A stretch of 64,000 nucleotides of DNA from positions 1,312,001 through 1,376,000 of the forward strand of contig CAVZJV010000014.1 in the NCBI GenBank assembly GCA_963775685.1, given 5' to 3'. The notes under the pieces were generated by a model that made no database searches, was not told where the DNA came from, and saw only the letters and a list, made by a program, of their open reading frames with translations. The position numbers and the translations under genes were made by a program. Source of the DNA: Candidatus Bathyarchaeota archaeon. GTDB taxonomy: Archaea; Thermoproteota; Bathyarchaeia; Bathyarchaeales; Bathycorpusculaceae. Positions 19,761-32,717 of this stretch are shown in pieces; within the stretch, counting starts at the first letter, position 1, and the number at the start of each line of letters is the position of its first letter.

Positions 19761-21437
19761 TCACGGTTTTTCTTGGAGTATCCGTCTCAGAACTTTTCCT
19801 GCTGAACTAAGGGGTAGTTCTTTTCTGAATTCGACTTCGCGTATTGCTTTATATGGCGCCATTTTGTTGTTGGCGAAAATCATGATTTCCTCCGCTGATG
19901 CTTGGGCGCCTTCTTTGAGAACTATGAAGGCCTTCGGAACCTCGCCTGCTAGTGTATAGGGTTTGCCTACGACCGCACAGAGTTTCACCGTTGGATGCTC
20001 ATAGAGGACATCTTCGAGTTCCCGCGGGTAGACGCTGTATCCCTTGGTTTTGATGAGGTCTTTTTTGCGGTCAGTAATGTAAAAGTAGCCGTCTTCGTCC
20101 ATGCAGGCGATGTCTCCTGTCAAAAGCCAGCCGTCACGAAGAATCATTGCTGTTTCTTGAGGGTTATGCCAGTATCCCTTCATGATTTGTGGTCCTTTCA
20201 CCGCCAATTCACCCGTCTCGCCTTGGTTAAGGGTTTTTTCGCCGGTCTCCAAGTCAACGATTTTGGCTTCTGTGTCTGGCAGTGGCAACCCGATGGAGCC
20301 TACCTTTACTGTCTGCATTGATCTGTCAACTGGGCTGCAATGTGTGACAGGTGAAGCCTCGGTTAATCCGTAGCCTTCTGCTAGAAGCCCACCTGTGACC
20401 TGCATGAACTTTTTTTGAACCTGCGGCGGCAAAGAGGAAGCGCCTGATATGCAGACGCGGATTGAGGTTAAATCGTATTTGCCAAGGTCAGGGCTGGCGA
20501 TCAGTGCTTGATACATTATTGGGACCCCGCAAAAAACTGACACCTTGTGTTTTTCGATTGTTTGCAGGGCTTGTGCTGGCTCAAACCTTGGCAGTAATGC
20601 CATTTTGGCGGCAAGGCTGATGGGTACGGTCATGCTGGTTGTCATGCCATAAATGTGAAAAAGCGGCAAGGCTATTAGGAAGGTTTCTTTGGCGGCAATA
20701 CCCCGAATCCAGGTAGCGAATGCGAGGGCGTTTGAGAGGAGGTTGCGGTGGGTTAGCATGGCACCTTTTGTGGTTCCTGTGGTGCCGCCGGTGTATTGCA
20801 ACGCAGCAAGATCTTCAGAAGGGTTGAATTGTATGTTTGGCAGGCTTTGGGACATATCTGCAACTAACTGCCGGAATGAATATGTGTTTGAAATGTTTTG
20901 AGTTGAAGGGTTTTTTGAACCGTAATCATCTAATCCGGTTAGAATGATGTTTTTGAGGTGGGTTTTCTTTTCTGTCGCAGCCAGAATTGGATAGAGCGAA
21001 TCTAGCGCTACTATGGTTTGTGCGCCTGAATCGGATAGTTGATACATAACTTCTCGTTCTCGATGAAGCGGGCTAATAGCTGTTACAACTGCGCCTGCCT
21101 TAAGAGCACCAAAATACGCAAAAATAAATTGCGGAATATTTGGCAGAAAAACAGCCACCCTGCAATCTTTCTCCATGCCTAACTTGATTAGCGCATTGGC
21201 AAACTGATTTGAGAACGCGTCCAGCTGCGCGTAGCTGATTTCGTGTTCGTTGTAGGTTATGGCGGTTTTTTCTGGGTAAGCCTTGGCGGTTTTGTGTAGG
21301 ATTTCTTGCAGAGGAGATTTTGGATAATCTATGTGTTTTGGCACTCCGGCAGGCCAGCTGTTAAACCGAGGTGTATTGTTTTGCATCAAGTTTGGTCTTG
21401 GAATCATTTGTCTGATAAAGGTAAAAACTCTTCCCAT
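19761..21437 (-). CDS. Long-chain fatty acid-CoA ligase (AMP-binding); start may be ~21386
   Basis: YTGGTTGTTKG, GYGLTE, TGD, GKVLRR motifs. Confidence 0.93.
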   Translation of the reverse strand: MGRVFTFIRQMIPRPNLMQNNTPRFNSWPAGVPKHIDYPKSPLQEILHKTAKAYPEKTAITYNEHEISYAQLDAFSNQFANALIKLGMEKDCRVAVFLPNIPQFIFAYFGALKAGAVVTAISPLHREREVMYQLSDSGAQTIVALDSLYPILAATEKKTHLKNIILTGLDDYGSKNPSTQNISNTYSFRQLVADMSQSLPNIQFNPSEDLAALQYTGGTTGTTKGAMLTHRNLLSNALAFATWIRGIAAKETFLIALPLFHIYGMTTSMTVPISLAAKMALLPRFEPAQALQTIEKHKVSVFCGVPIMYQALIASPDLGKYDLTSIRVCISGASSLPPQVQKKFMQVTGGLLAEGYGLTEASPVTHCSPVDRSMQTVKVGSIGLPLPDTEAKIVDLETGEKTLNQGETGELAVKGPQIMKGYWHNPQETAMILRDGWLLTGDIACMDEDGYFYITDRKKDLIKTKGYSVYPRELEDVLYEHPTVKLCAVVGKPYTLAGEVPKAFIVLKEGAQASAEEIMIFANNKMAPYKAIREVEFRKELPLSSAGKVLRRILQEKP

Positions 21438-21637
21438 TAAGAGCTTCTTTCATTTTTTTGTACAAAGAATATGGATTATTTTTGTGCGATAAGAGAACAA
21501 CAACACTTGAATTTGCTATGCTGAAAGCTTATTTTTGGGGTGGTTCTTTAATTTAGGGGTTGTGGTGTTTGCAGGTTGCGTCTGGAAACGTCACAAAACG
21601 TCATGAAAAGTCAACGGATCATGGGAGAAGAACAACA

Positions 21638-21916
21638 ATGCCGTTAACTGAACAAGTAAAATTCCAGTCAAGATTGCAGAGGGGTAACCGGGTGCAAGTC
21701 CCAAATATGGTGCGGTGGCGGTTCAAGCTTAAGAGCTACCAAATTTTAGAAGTCACTGTAGGCCTTCTTGGGGTATGGGGTGCTTCTCAGAACTTCCTGA
21801 CAAGAATGAGCAAAGATGGAAGAATTGTAATCCCCAAACAAGCATTAGATTTACTAAGAAATGGTAAATTCAACATTGAAGGCCACATGATGGAAGTTAC
21901 TCTATCACCATCCTAA
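21638..21916 (+). CDS. Tandem AbrB/SpoVT-like DNA-binding protein
   Basis: Two repeats: GNRVQVP and DGRIVIPK; GGGAG RBS. Confidence 0.7.
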   Translation: MPLTEQVKFQSRLQRGNRVQVPNMVRWRFKLKSYQILEVTVGLLGVWGASQNFLTRMSKDGRIVIPKQALDLLRNGKFNIEGHMMEVTLSPS

Positions 21917-22368
21917 ACACTTTGATTGTTATTGCCGTTTCCATAAAGAAAAAATTAAAAATTATTGTTGTATATAGAGGTATTTGAGTCTTTCTGCGTA
22001 AGTGAGTCTTTGAAGTTGAAACAGTCTTTGTCGGATAAAGACTACAATTTAAGAGGGCGTAGAGGCCTCAATAGTATATAGTTTTGCTTTCCAGTGACGT
22101 TAGTTGCATAAACAAGAAGTATCTGAGAAAAGCTTTTAATGTTGTTCAAAGTCAGATTTAAAGAACGCTCGAACGGTCACGCGTCTTTTTTATTGCGAGC
22201 ACATTTTGGCTTCAAAGTAGAGGTGGGATTGGAACTCTAAGAGCGCAAGCCTGCAGACTAACTTTTCTTGTAAGTCAGATTCGATGCGGAATAAGAGCTT
22301 AGAGAGGTGAGGTCGAGAGTCAACTCACACAAGACGGGACTGTGTGTAAAGATTGGAAAGTGTTTCAG

Positions 22369-22815
22369 TTATTGAACATGTTTTTTATTTGAACATTTTT
22401 CGCAAACGCCATAAACGTCAAGACGCTGACTTGTAGGAATGAACTCAGTAACCTTAACAACCCTTTTAATCAGTTCTTGTGCAATAGGGTCCTCTAAATC
22501 TTGGATTTTTCCGCATCTTGAGCAAACCAAGTTTATGTGTGGTTCAAGATAAGGATCATATCTTGTCTGATCGTAGGGAAAATCCAATTCTTGGATCAAG
22601 CCGCGCCCCCTTAGAATCTGAAGAGTCTTATACACTGTAGCTAAACTTACTGTGGGGTTAGTCTTTCTGACTTCATTGTAGATTCTTTGCACATTAGGAT
22701 GCTCTCGACTCAAAAGCGCAAATTTGCAGATTGCTATTCTTTGCGGAGTTGCCTTGTATCCTTTGCTGCGAAGAGTCTGAATTATCAACGCAACTGATTT
22801 GTTCGGTTCTTGCAT
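22369..22815 (-). CDS. Fur/PerR family transcriptional regulator
   Basis: TPQR, HP, VSLATVYKTL, HINLVCSRCG, CEKC; divergent from catalase genes. Confidence 0.93.
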   Translation of the reverse strand: MQEPNKSVALIIQTLRSKGYKATPQRIAICKFALLSREHPNVQRIYNEVRKTNPTVSLATVYKTLQILRGRGLIQELDFPYDQTRYDPYLEPHINLVCSRCGKIQDLEDPIAQELIKRVVKVTEFIPTSQRLDVYGVCEKCSNKKHVQ

Positions 22816-22872
22816 GCGCTATATTAGGTAATAATAACTCTTAAATAAATTCATTCCCTTATATGTAGTAAG

Positions 22873-22890
22873 GTCTCGTGTGAACGAGAC
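22873..22890. promoter_or_regulatory. 7-bp inverted repeat GTCTCGT-GTGA-ACGAGAC in perR/catalase intergenic region
   Basis: Perfect stem with a GNRA-type loop, 13 nt before the catalase-remnant ATG. Confidence 0.45.
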
Positions 22891-22903
22891 AGGATGTTAA
22901 ATT

Positions 22904-25247
<2,344 letters not shown>

Positions 25248-25570
25248 TCATAGCAAATGCTATAGATAATAATACAGCAACAGTTGCTCACTCGGAACAA
25301 GAAGTTTGTGAACTAAATAGAAGCAGGCTACGAATGCGTTTGCGAAATGGATCATTTCAAGCTTTCCAGAATATGCAAATAGTCTTCAGTCGCCAAAGAC
25401 TAGAGATTCGCCCAGAACTGGGGGTTTATGCTGAAGAGCAGGGATGGACTTTTGACTTGAAGTGCGACTCCTCAAGCGGTTTACGGGTAATTGAAGTCGC
25501 CTTTATGCAAATTAATTTGGATTCCTCTAATTTCGATGAATTGACCTCCCTGCTTTAACAATATTTCAAA

Positions 25571-25683
25571 TGAAGCAAATCACTAATTTTTAATAAACTC
25601 AACTACGTATATTTTAGGACAAAATAAACATAAAAATAACTCAAACCAGTAAAATGGCGCCGGGATTGGGGATTCTATCCCCA
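25571..25683 (-). repeat. Diverged ~110-bp repeat copy 1 containing a tRNA 3'-end-like remnant
   Basis: Minus strand GGGGATAGAATCCCCAATCCCGGCGCCA; shares AGCAAATCACTAATTT and GTAAAATGGCGC with 29101-29210. Confidence 0.7.
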
Positions 25684-25884
25684 ATTTACCAGTAAAAAGA
25701 AGTTAAGTATGAACCAGCCGGGCTCCCATAAAAGGGCTAAAGTTCCTTTACTTTAAACTGCTATCTAAAGCTTTGGGGGTTTAAGCTTTTTCAAATCATT
25801 ATTATTCAATAGTAGACTTCTGGTGTTAGGCTATTTTCTAAGCCATGCAGATTTAAGACTTATCTTGAAAAGAGCCAGAAATGG

Positions 25885-26463
25885 TTATGGCAAATTTGTC
25901 CACACTGGAGTTATAGTCCAATTGGCAACTGTGCCTTCGTGAAAGACATTTAGACCAATTACTACGGTCCCACCACCAGCTAAAGAGGGAAGTAAATAAT
26001 TTGGATTGTTGTCGCCATTTGCAATGTAAGCCGAAGATGAGACAGCCCCACTTCCATAATTTGTTACAATATTATTATTCAAAGGAACAGTCATATTCAA
26101 CTCTATAGTGCCATTGACAGAAGAAGCAACGACATGCAATCCTGCGTTAAATGCTGTCCCTTCTCCCGTATTCGTTACTGTACCAGATATCCAAAGGTGA
26201 TTATAGGGATTGCCTGCTATTTCAGTTGCCCCCAATTTAGTTGCAAGATTTGGAGATGTCAGGTTTTCTAGACCAAAGACACCTATTTTGCTGCTTAAAT
26301 TTGCTATTTCGTTATTCAGATTGACTATTTGGGAATCCAACGAATTTATTTTGGAGTTTCTGTCGTTTATTATACCATTATAATAGTAGATTGTTCCAGC
26401 AATTGCACTTACAAAGAGTGCAATTATCATCAATAATGAAATAGCTATTTTTTTCCTATTCAT
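25885..26463 (-). CDS. Membrane-anchored/secreted protein with coiled coil and beta-rich domain
   Basis: N-terminal TM, N/S-rich heptads, ISGTVTNTG motif. Confidence 0.75.
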   Translation of the reverse strand: MNRKKIAISLLMIIALFVSAIAGTIYYYNGIINDRNSKINSLDSQIVNLNNEIANLSSKIGVFGLENLTSPNLATKLGATEIAGNPYNHLWISGTVTNTGEGTAFNAGLHVVASSVNGTIELNMTVPLNNNIVTNYGSGAVSSSAYIANGDNNPNYLLPSLAGGGTVVIGLNVFHEGTVANWTITPVWTNLP

Positions 26464-26489
26464 GCTATCTTGCCCAGCCTACTCCGTTT

Positions 26490-27629
26490 CTAAGTTTTTT
26501 CCCTATAATGGAAAGCTACCGCAAAGGTCGCTGTACCCAACAATACAAGAATAATTATCAACCAAGAAAACTCTGGAACGGTTGATGTTGGGGATGCTGA
26601 TGGCAAAGAGTCATATGATACAAATTGAACAGAGGCATTGCCCAAATCAAGCATGACATTCCGCCCTGAGTCATAAACCATTAATACACTTTTTATGGGA
26701 ACTGTATCGATAACAGTCTTTGTTTTAACAGAAACAATATCGGTGCTATCTACGCCATCGCTTACAAACAAAACACCTTTAGCAGGGTCATAGCCAACGC
26801 CTATTGGATTGCGGCCCACTTGAATCGAGCCAACGACTGAATGAGTTTTATCTGATATTACTAATACGGAACTGTTGGCTGGATTAGGAATGTATATTTC
26901 ACCAGTGGTTGGATCGCAGGCTCCAAGAGTCGCTATATTGTTATCAAGTTGAACGGTTGCGATTACGGAATTAGTTGAGTCTGACATGACTGACATGAAA
27001 TTTGCTGGGTTCCTGCCTGACAAGCCTTCAAATGTAACATAAATTTCTCCCTTGCCAGCATCATAAATTAAGCCATTCGGGTAAGGATTAGTTCCCAAGG
27101 GAATGGTTGCCACTACTTCGCGCGTACTATCCAAAATGACTGAGGCCACCCCAGAGGCATAGTTGCTGACAAACATCTCACCTTTGCCTGAATCATAAAC
27201 GATATTTGATATTCCTCCATGGCTTGAGTTTGTACTCAAATCGATTGTTGCAACAACTGAATTGCTGTCATCGGAAATGACCGATACGGTGCCTGAGTTT
27301 TGATTTGTAACAAAGACTTCGTGACGGGCTGAATCAAACGCTATACTGCTTGGGAATTCACCAACCGAAACATTTGCCAACGTTGTATAGTCACTGTCTG
27401 ATATTGCTGATACTGTATTGGTTGGTCCGCTAACATGCATTCCTATCTCGTTTACATATGAATAATAAGTGGTTACCCATACTGCGCCTTTGTAGGAATC
27501 ATAAGCCATAGTTGTTCCCACATTAAGCGATATTGATTTAACAATCTCAACAGCTTGAACTGTTCTTGCAGCTGATAGAAGAATCAAGAGTGTCAGAATT
27601 ATGGCAAGTAAGCTATTCTTCTTCATCAT
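26490..27629 (-). CDS. Secreted YncE/YVTN-type beta-propeller with PEF-CTERM-like sorting signal
   Basis: Signal peptide; repeated YDSGKGE(M/I)FV(S/T)N...VSVISD blades; C-terminal VPEFS + TM + basic tail. Confidence 0.85.
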   Translation of the reverse strand: MMKKNSLLAIILTLLILLSAARTVQAVEIVKSISLNVGTTMAYDSYKGAVWVTTYYSYVNEIGMHVSGPTNTVSAISDSDYTTLANVSVGEFPSSIAFDSARHEVFVTNQNSGTVSVISDDSNSVVATIDLSTNSSHGGISNIVYDSGKGEMFVSNYASGVASVILDSTREVVATIPLGTNPYPNGLIYDAGKGEIYVTFEGLSGRNPANFMSVMSDSTNSVIATVQLDNNIATLGACDPTTGEIYIPNPANSSVLVISDKTHSVVGSIQVGRNPIGVGYDPAKGVLFVSDGVDSTDIVSVKTKTVIDTVPIKSVLMVYDSGRNVMLDLGNASVQFVSYDSLPSASPTSTVPEFSWLIIILVLLGTATFAVAFHYREKT

Positions 27630-27644
27630 TGATTATTTGCTCTT

Positions 27645-27691
27645 AGTTGCTTTTAGTTCTATTCTTGGAACATGCTGTTCTCTTTTGGAAC
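27645..27691. promoter_or_regulatory. Paired GTTC-N7/8-GAAC palindromes upstream of the beta-propeller gene
   Basis: GTTCTATTCTTGGAAC and GTTCTCTTTTGGAAC; same arrangement at 42851-42904. Confidence 0.5.
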
Positions 27692-27715
27692 GTATGCTTT
27701 CTGCGTGTTCAATTC

Positions 27716-27770
27716 TTTCTTGTAGTCCGTGAGATAGATTTAAATTGAGAGAGATAAAGTATAAAAAATA
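27716..27770. repeat. 55-bp dispersed repeat, copy 1
   Basis: 51 of 55 aligned positions identical to 43694-43747 (3 substitutions, 1 indel). Confidence 0.85.
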
Positions 27771-28703
27771 GTTTTTTTTGCCTTAAATTCTAATTCAAAC
27801 ATAAGGCTATATTTCAATCCCTAAATAGGCAGAATTGTAGACCACTCGGGGAGTAACCATGTATATTACCGAGAACAAAAATACTCCGGTAAAGGAGATT
27901 AAAGAAAACTTAGTTATTGACTGCATTAGAATAGCTTCTTTCTTTGTTTTACTTCTTTGTTAGTTAATTGTTTTTATCCTTCTCTAACTCTTCTTTTGAT
28001 TGAAACTTTAGTCTGTTGGAGATTCCAGTCTTAGAGTCTACCTTCTGCTCATGTTCTTCAATTCTTACGCTCCATGTGTATGGGATTTGAATGTTAGTAT
28101 TTGGAAGCACTGATTGTTGTGTAATCTTCTTTGGTAGCTTAGTTACAGGGTCGTTCTCTAAAGTCTTCTCGCATACCTCAAACTTTCCAATGTATCCTTG
28201 CCTAAGAGTTTGGAGAACAAACAATCAAAGAATCAGGATTATACGATAAAGTCATTCCATATTCAGAAGAATCTACGCAGGCAGAAATTGCACAAGCACT
28301 CATTCATCGTTATGGGGTGGCAATTTCTGAAGGAAAAGGAAAGTTTGGAATAGTTACGAGGAATGATTCCATGCAACTTCTAATTTGATTTTCTTCCAGA
28401 ATTAATACTGAATTTTTCCCAACAATCTTTTTTATCAAAATAACCTGTCACTTAGGTTATTTTGGTAGTGTTGAAATAATTTTTTGGGGTAGCTATATTT
28501 TCTAACTCTAAAGCTTCTCAGGGCAGTAGAGATTAAGAAGAAAAGTATTTTGTTATCATAGTAAGTACTTAATGTAGGTAAGTTTTTCTCATCAGGTTTT
28601 AGAACATTGATATCTGGTATTTTCGCTTAAGTTCTTTGAGTAATAAGAGCTATCGCTATTCTAATTAGATAGAGTAGACTGCTGTTAACATTGAGGTTAT
28701 AAC

Positions 28704-28982
28704 ATGATTTTCATCAATCTTGGCAAGTTTAGAAGGAAGCCTACAAAAGATATGGCAGACGAGGTAGAAAAAATTACTAAAATTGTGACTGAGAAAGAAG
28801 GCGTTAATATTACTGGATTCTACTGGACTCTTGGCAGATACGACACAGTAGTAATTATGGAAGCACCTGATGAGAAAGTAGCAATGAAAGTCAACCTAAT
28901 GTATAGTGACTTTGTCTCAACACAGACTATGGTGGCAGTACCAAGAGAAGAAGCGATAAAATTAGTCACAGCCAGCCACTAA
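28704..28982 (+). CDS. GYD domain protein
   Basis: YWTLGRYDTVVIMEAPD motif; GAGG RBS. Confidence 0.9.
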   Translation: MIFINLGKFRRKPTKDMADEVEKITKIVTEKEGVNITGFYWTLGRYDTVVIMEAPDEKVAMKVNLMYSDFVSTQTMVAVPREEAIKLVTASH

Positions 28983-29100
28983 CTCAATTAAGAATTAACA
29001 CTAACTTCTTTTCTTTTAACTTGTTAACTACCGAAAGTTCACAGGATTCTTTTCCCCGTTTAGGGTCAAAGAGGTTGTTTTCTTTTTACAAGATTCTATA

Positions 29101-29210
29101 TGTAGCAAATCACTAATTTGAAATGACTTCAAAAGTATAGACTTTAGATAAAATAAGCGCAAAAACAGCCATAACTGGTAAAATGGCGCTTGGATGGGGA
29201 TTTGAACCAT
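29101..29210 (-). repeat. Diverged ~110-bp repeat copy 2 with tRNA T-arm/acceptor remnant
   Basis: Minus strand GGTTCAAATCCCCATCCAAGCGCCA (canonical T-loop plus CCA), no tRNA 5' half. Confidence 0.72.
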
Positions 29211-29329
29211 GTCATCTTCAATTATTTCAGCTTAACCCTTAATTTATCTGGATTTTTGTTTTCCTAAACCTATAGGCGATAATTTCTATTTTAGGACAAG
29301 TTTAATTGGTTTGAATATGATTCAATGTT

Positions 29330-30679
29330 ATGCTTCGTTTGTGGTTTGACGGAGGTACCCTTCTTTTAAAAGGTCAAATCGGAACTCCATATGGAAAATG
29401 GGATTCAAGAGTTGGCTGCTACAGAATTAAGGCAAACCATTACAAAGATGTTTTAGAATACTTGGCTGAAAGCAAACTTCAGGTACAAGACGATGTTACC
29501 GCATTACCGCCCCTTGAACAACTCAAAAGTAACGTCGCCCTAAGAGACTACCAGAACAAGGCATTTGACGGTTGGTGCCGAGCGCACAACCGAGGGATCT
29601 TGGTATTACCTACTGCAGCGGGAAAGACTTTCATCGCATTAAAAGCAATTGAAAAATTGAAAGTTCAGACCTTAATCGTAGTCCCCACATTGGACCTAAT
29701 TGACCAATGGAGAAAACGAATCAAAGATTGCCTAAATCTAGAAACGGGTGCTATTGGTGGTGGCGAGAACACTCTACAGATGGTAACAGTTACAACTTAT
29801 GATTCAGCCTACATACACGCTGATCAACTTGGCAATAAGTTCAGGCTACTAATATTCGACGAAGTGCACCACTTAGCTTCTCCAGCCTACATGCAAATAG
29901 CTGAAATGTATATTGCACCCTACCGCATGGGTTTAACCGCCACTTATGAAAGAAACGATCAAAGACATTCGTTACTTCCTCAGCTCGTAGGCGATCCAGT
30001 TTGTTCAATTGATGTTGACGAGCTTGCAGGGGAGCATCTCTCACCCTACACGTATGAGAAAATATCAGTTGAATTAACGCCTCAAGAACAACAAATCTAC
30101 GACTCCCAAATTGAGATTTTTAGAAAGTTTCTTCGAACACGAAAACTCACCATAAAAAGTGCTGCGGACTTCCAAAAATTCATAATGACTACAGGAAGAG
30201 ACCCCAAAGCACGTGAAGCGTTACTCGCAAGAAACCACGCAATGAAAGTTGCAGTAAACTCGGAAGCAAAACTAACCGTGTTAGCCCATCAACTTGAGAC
30301 TCATAAAAAGGAAAAAATTCTCATTTTTACACTCTACAATGACTTGGTCTACAGGATTAGTTTGCGTTTCTTAGTTCCAGCAATTACCTATCAAACTCCG
30401 AGGGAAGAACGCCGAGAAATACTAGAAAATTTTGGGAATGGCAAATATCCCGTTGTTGTTACGTCTCAAGTTTTGGATGAGGGCGTAGATGTCCCAGATG
30501 CCTCAGTAGGTTTAGTTTTGGGTGGAACGGGCAGCAACAGAGAACACGTCCAAAGACTCGGACGACTGCTCAGAAAGAAAGAAGGCAAAATAGCCCGTCT
30601 AATCGAATTAATCTCCAAAGAAACCATGGAAGTGGCTACGAGTCGAAGGCGGCACCAAAAAATCGGAGGTGCAACATAG
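29330..30679 (+). CDS. xpb: XPB/Rad25-like SF2 helicase
   Basis: PTAAGKT, DEVHH, GLTATYER, QRLGRLLR; paired with DUF790 gene. Confidence 0.9.
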   Translation: MLRLWFDGGTLLLKGQIGTPYGKWDSRVGCYRIKANHYKDVLEYLAESKLQVQDDVTALPPLEQLKSNVALRDYQNKAFDGWCRAHNRGILVLPTAAGKTFIALKAIEKLKVQTLIVVPTLDLIDQWRKRIKDCLNLETGAIGGGENTLQMVTVTTYDSAYIHADQLGNKFRLLIFDEVHHLASPAYMQIAEMYIAPYRMGLTATYERNDQRHSLLPQLVGDPVCSIDVDELAGEHLSPYTYEKISVELTPQEQQIYDSQIEIFRKFLRTRKLTIKSAADFQKFIMTTGRDPKAREALLARNHAMKVAVNSEAKLTVLAHQLETHKKEKILIFTLYNDLVYRISLRFLVPAITYQTPREERREILENFGNGKYPVVVTSQVLDEGVDVPDASVGLVLGGTGSNREHVQRLGRLLRKKEGKIARLIELISKETMEVATSRRRHQKIGGAT

Positions 30680-32250
30680 TGCTTCCAAGCAATTTGCTTT
30701 CGATGCGGAAGAGGAAAGGCGAGATTTTTCTGCGCTACGCTAAACCATCTGGTAGTGACGTTGAGGCGGCTAACTTTTTGATTGAAAAGTATAAAACTCA
30801 TGTTGGGGAAAAAAAGAAGACGCTTAAAAGCTTGGTTACTGAGCTTGAAGATAAAGGCTATGAGTACCGTTTTGTCAGAGCTTTATCTTTGCTTCTTGAT
30901 CGAAAAAGTACCTTCATCTGTCACAGTAAAGTTGACCCAATAGATTTAAGAAAAAAAATATTTCATGTTGCTCAACAGTTTGGGTTGCCCACGTCTTCTG
31001 CGAAGCGGCAAAAAATAATTGAGACTGTTGCTTCTGAGCTGTTTCTTTCGGAGGAGGATGTTGAGGAGAATTTTTATTCTGATTTGGATGGCGAATTAGT
31101 CCTTGAAAAGTTTGCAGCTCCTTCCCCCTCCGAGTTGATAGGTGAATACAATTTGGGGTTGACTCAGACTCTGCTTTTTGAGGCCACAGAGCTAAATTTT
31201 ACCGCATCTGGTAACTGGCAAGATATCTTCCATGCGGTTAAGAAGTCTAGATTGATCTATGAAGTCAGCAACGAAAATGGTTTTTGGGTGAAAATAGACG
31301 GACCAGCTAGCTTGTTTAAGTTAACTCGACGATATGGAGTAGGGATAGCCAAACTTTTGCCCTTTATCGTGGCAAACTCAGATTGGATTATCACTGCGAA
31401 GGTTCTTTGGCGATTCTCAAACGAGATCTGTGACTTCAAAATTGAAAGCCAAAAACATGCACCACTACTAAAAAAAACGTGCTTGCAGGCGCTAACTTAT
31501 GATAGCTCCGTTGAAGCGAATTTCGCAGCCCAGTTCCAGACGTTGGCTTCGGATTGGGTGTTAAAGAGGGAACCAGAACCTGTAACTGCCGGAAAACAGA
31601 TAATAATCCCAGATTTCTCCCTTGAAAAAACCTGTTTCAAAATTTACTTGGAAATCGTTGGTTTCTGGACAGAAGAATACCTGCTAAGAAAGATAGAAAA
31701 GCTAAAGAAAGTAGATGCAACGATGCTCCTCTTAATCGATGAGGCTTTGGCATGCGAAAAGCTTTCTGCCTTGGAGAAACGTCCACAGCTTGATTTGATT
31801 TATTATCGAAACAAAATTCCTCTGGCGCCAATTCTGAGATATTTAGAAACAAAATTTGAACAAGTCAAATCTAGAGAGATTAAGGTTCTGGAGAGTTTAC
31901 CCATCAAATTTACTGAGCCTGTGGTTGGATTTGGAGAATTTGCGGCTAGAATAGGGGTCTCCAGAGAAGCTGCAAGAACCTTCTTGATTGCTAATCCTCC
32001 TTTGGGTTATGTCGTTTTGGGTGATGTTTTGATTAGCAACGAAAGACTTTTGCTGATTGACGGAAGAATAAAAGAAGCTTTGGGTCAAGCTGATGAATTG
32101 CCACTAAAAGAAGCAGCAAGAATAATTGAAAACGAAGGTGTAGACGACTCGGCCAATGTATTGGTTGTACTAGGTTACAAGATTACATGGCGAGGAATTA
32201 ATGTAGATCAAGCTGAGGTCTCTAAGGTACCTGTGAAGCTTGGCTATTAG
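30679..32250 (+). CDS. bax1: Bax1 (DUF790) endonuclease
   Basis: YNLGLTQTLL, DGPASLF, YDSSVE, IPDF...EIVGFWTEEYL; coupled to xpb. Confidence 0.9.
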   Translation: MLPSNLLSMRKRKGEIFLRYAKPSGSDVEAANFLIEKYKTHVGEKKKTLKSLVTELEDKGYEYRFVRALSLLLDRKSTFICHSKVDPIDLRKKIFHVAQQFGLPTSSAKRQKIIETVASELFLSEEDVEENFYSDLDGELVLEKFAAPSPSELIGEYNLGLTQTLLFEATELNFTASGNWQDIFHAVKKSRLIYEVSNENGFWVKIDGPASLFKLTRRYGVGIAKLLPFIVANSDWIITAKVLWRFSNEICDFKIESQKHAPLLKKTCLQALTYDSSVEANFAAQFQTLASDWVLKREPEPVTAGKQIIIPDFSLEKTCFKIYLEIVGFWTEEYLLRKIEKLKKVDATMLLLIDEALACEKLSALEKRPQLDLIYYRNKIPLAPILRYLETKFEQVKSREIKVLESLPIKFTEPVVGFGEFAARIGVSREAARTFLIANPPLGYVVLGDVLISNERLLLIDGRIKEALGQADELPLKEAARIIENEGVDDSANVLVVLGYKITWRGINVDQAEVSKVPVKLGY

Positions 32251-32717
32251 AAGCCAATTCGCTAAGTCTTAGGCGTTATTAATTTAATTTGACAAACGTA
32301 GCATCTCTACCTTTTCGTAGATTTTATGTGAAACAATCTATGATTGCAGATACGCTGGAAACCGAGCAACTCATCACCGTTGTGTTTAAAACAAAAGGTC
32401 ATTAAAAATAAACATGCCTGGCAAGATTTCAAAACAATACTGGGTGAATCGACAACCCTAAAATCAACAAGAATCCTGAAATCTTTCGAAAATTGGTTTA
32501 GTCAAGCCCTTCAACCATAAGGCTGAGTCGGACAGGTCAACCCCAAATGTATACGATTCCCAACCATCGATCGCATGTTAGATTACGCTTCAAATTCGAT
32601 CGAAGCATTCGCGTTAAAAGGGAATTCGAAACCGCGACTTCTGAACTGATAGAACTGATAGTTTATTTATCGTCGAGAAAAACAAATAATATATCGTTAA
32701 TGTTGGTTGATGATATT

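Noticed and set aside
29330-32250. Helicase-nuclease pair as a new defence system
   Set aside because: Matches the established XPB-Bax1 DNA repair pair
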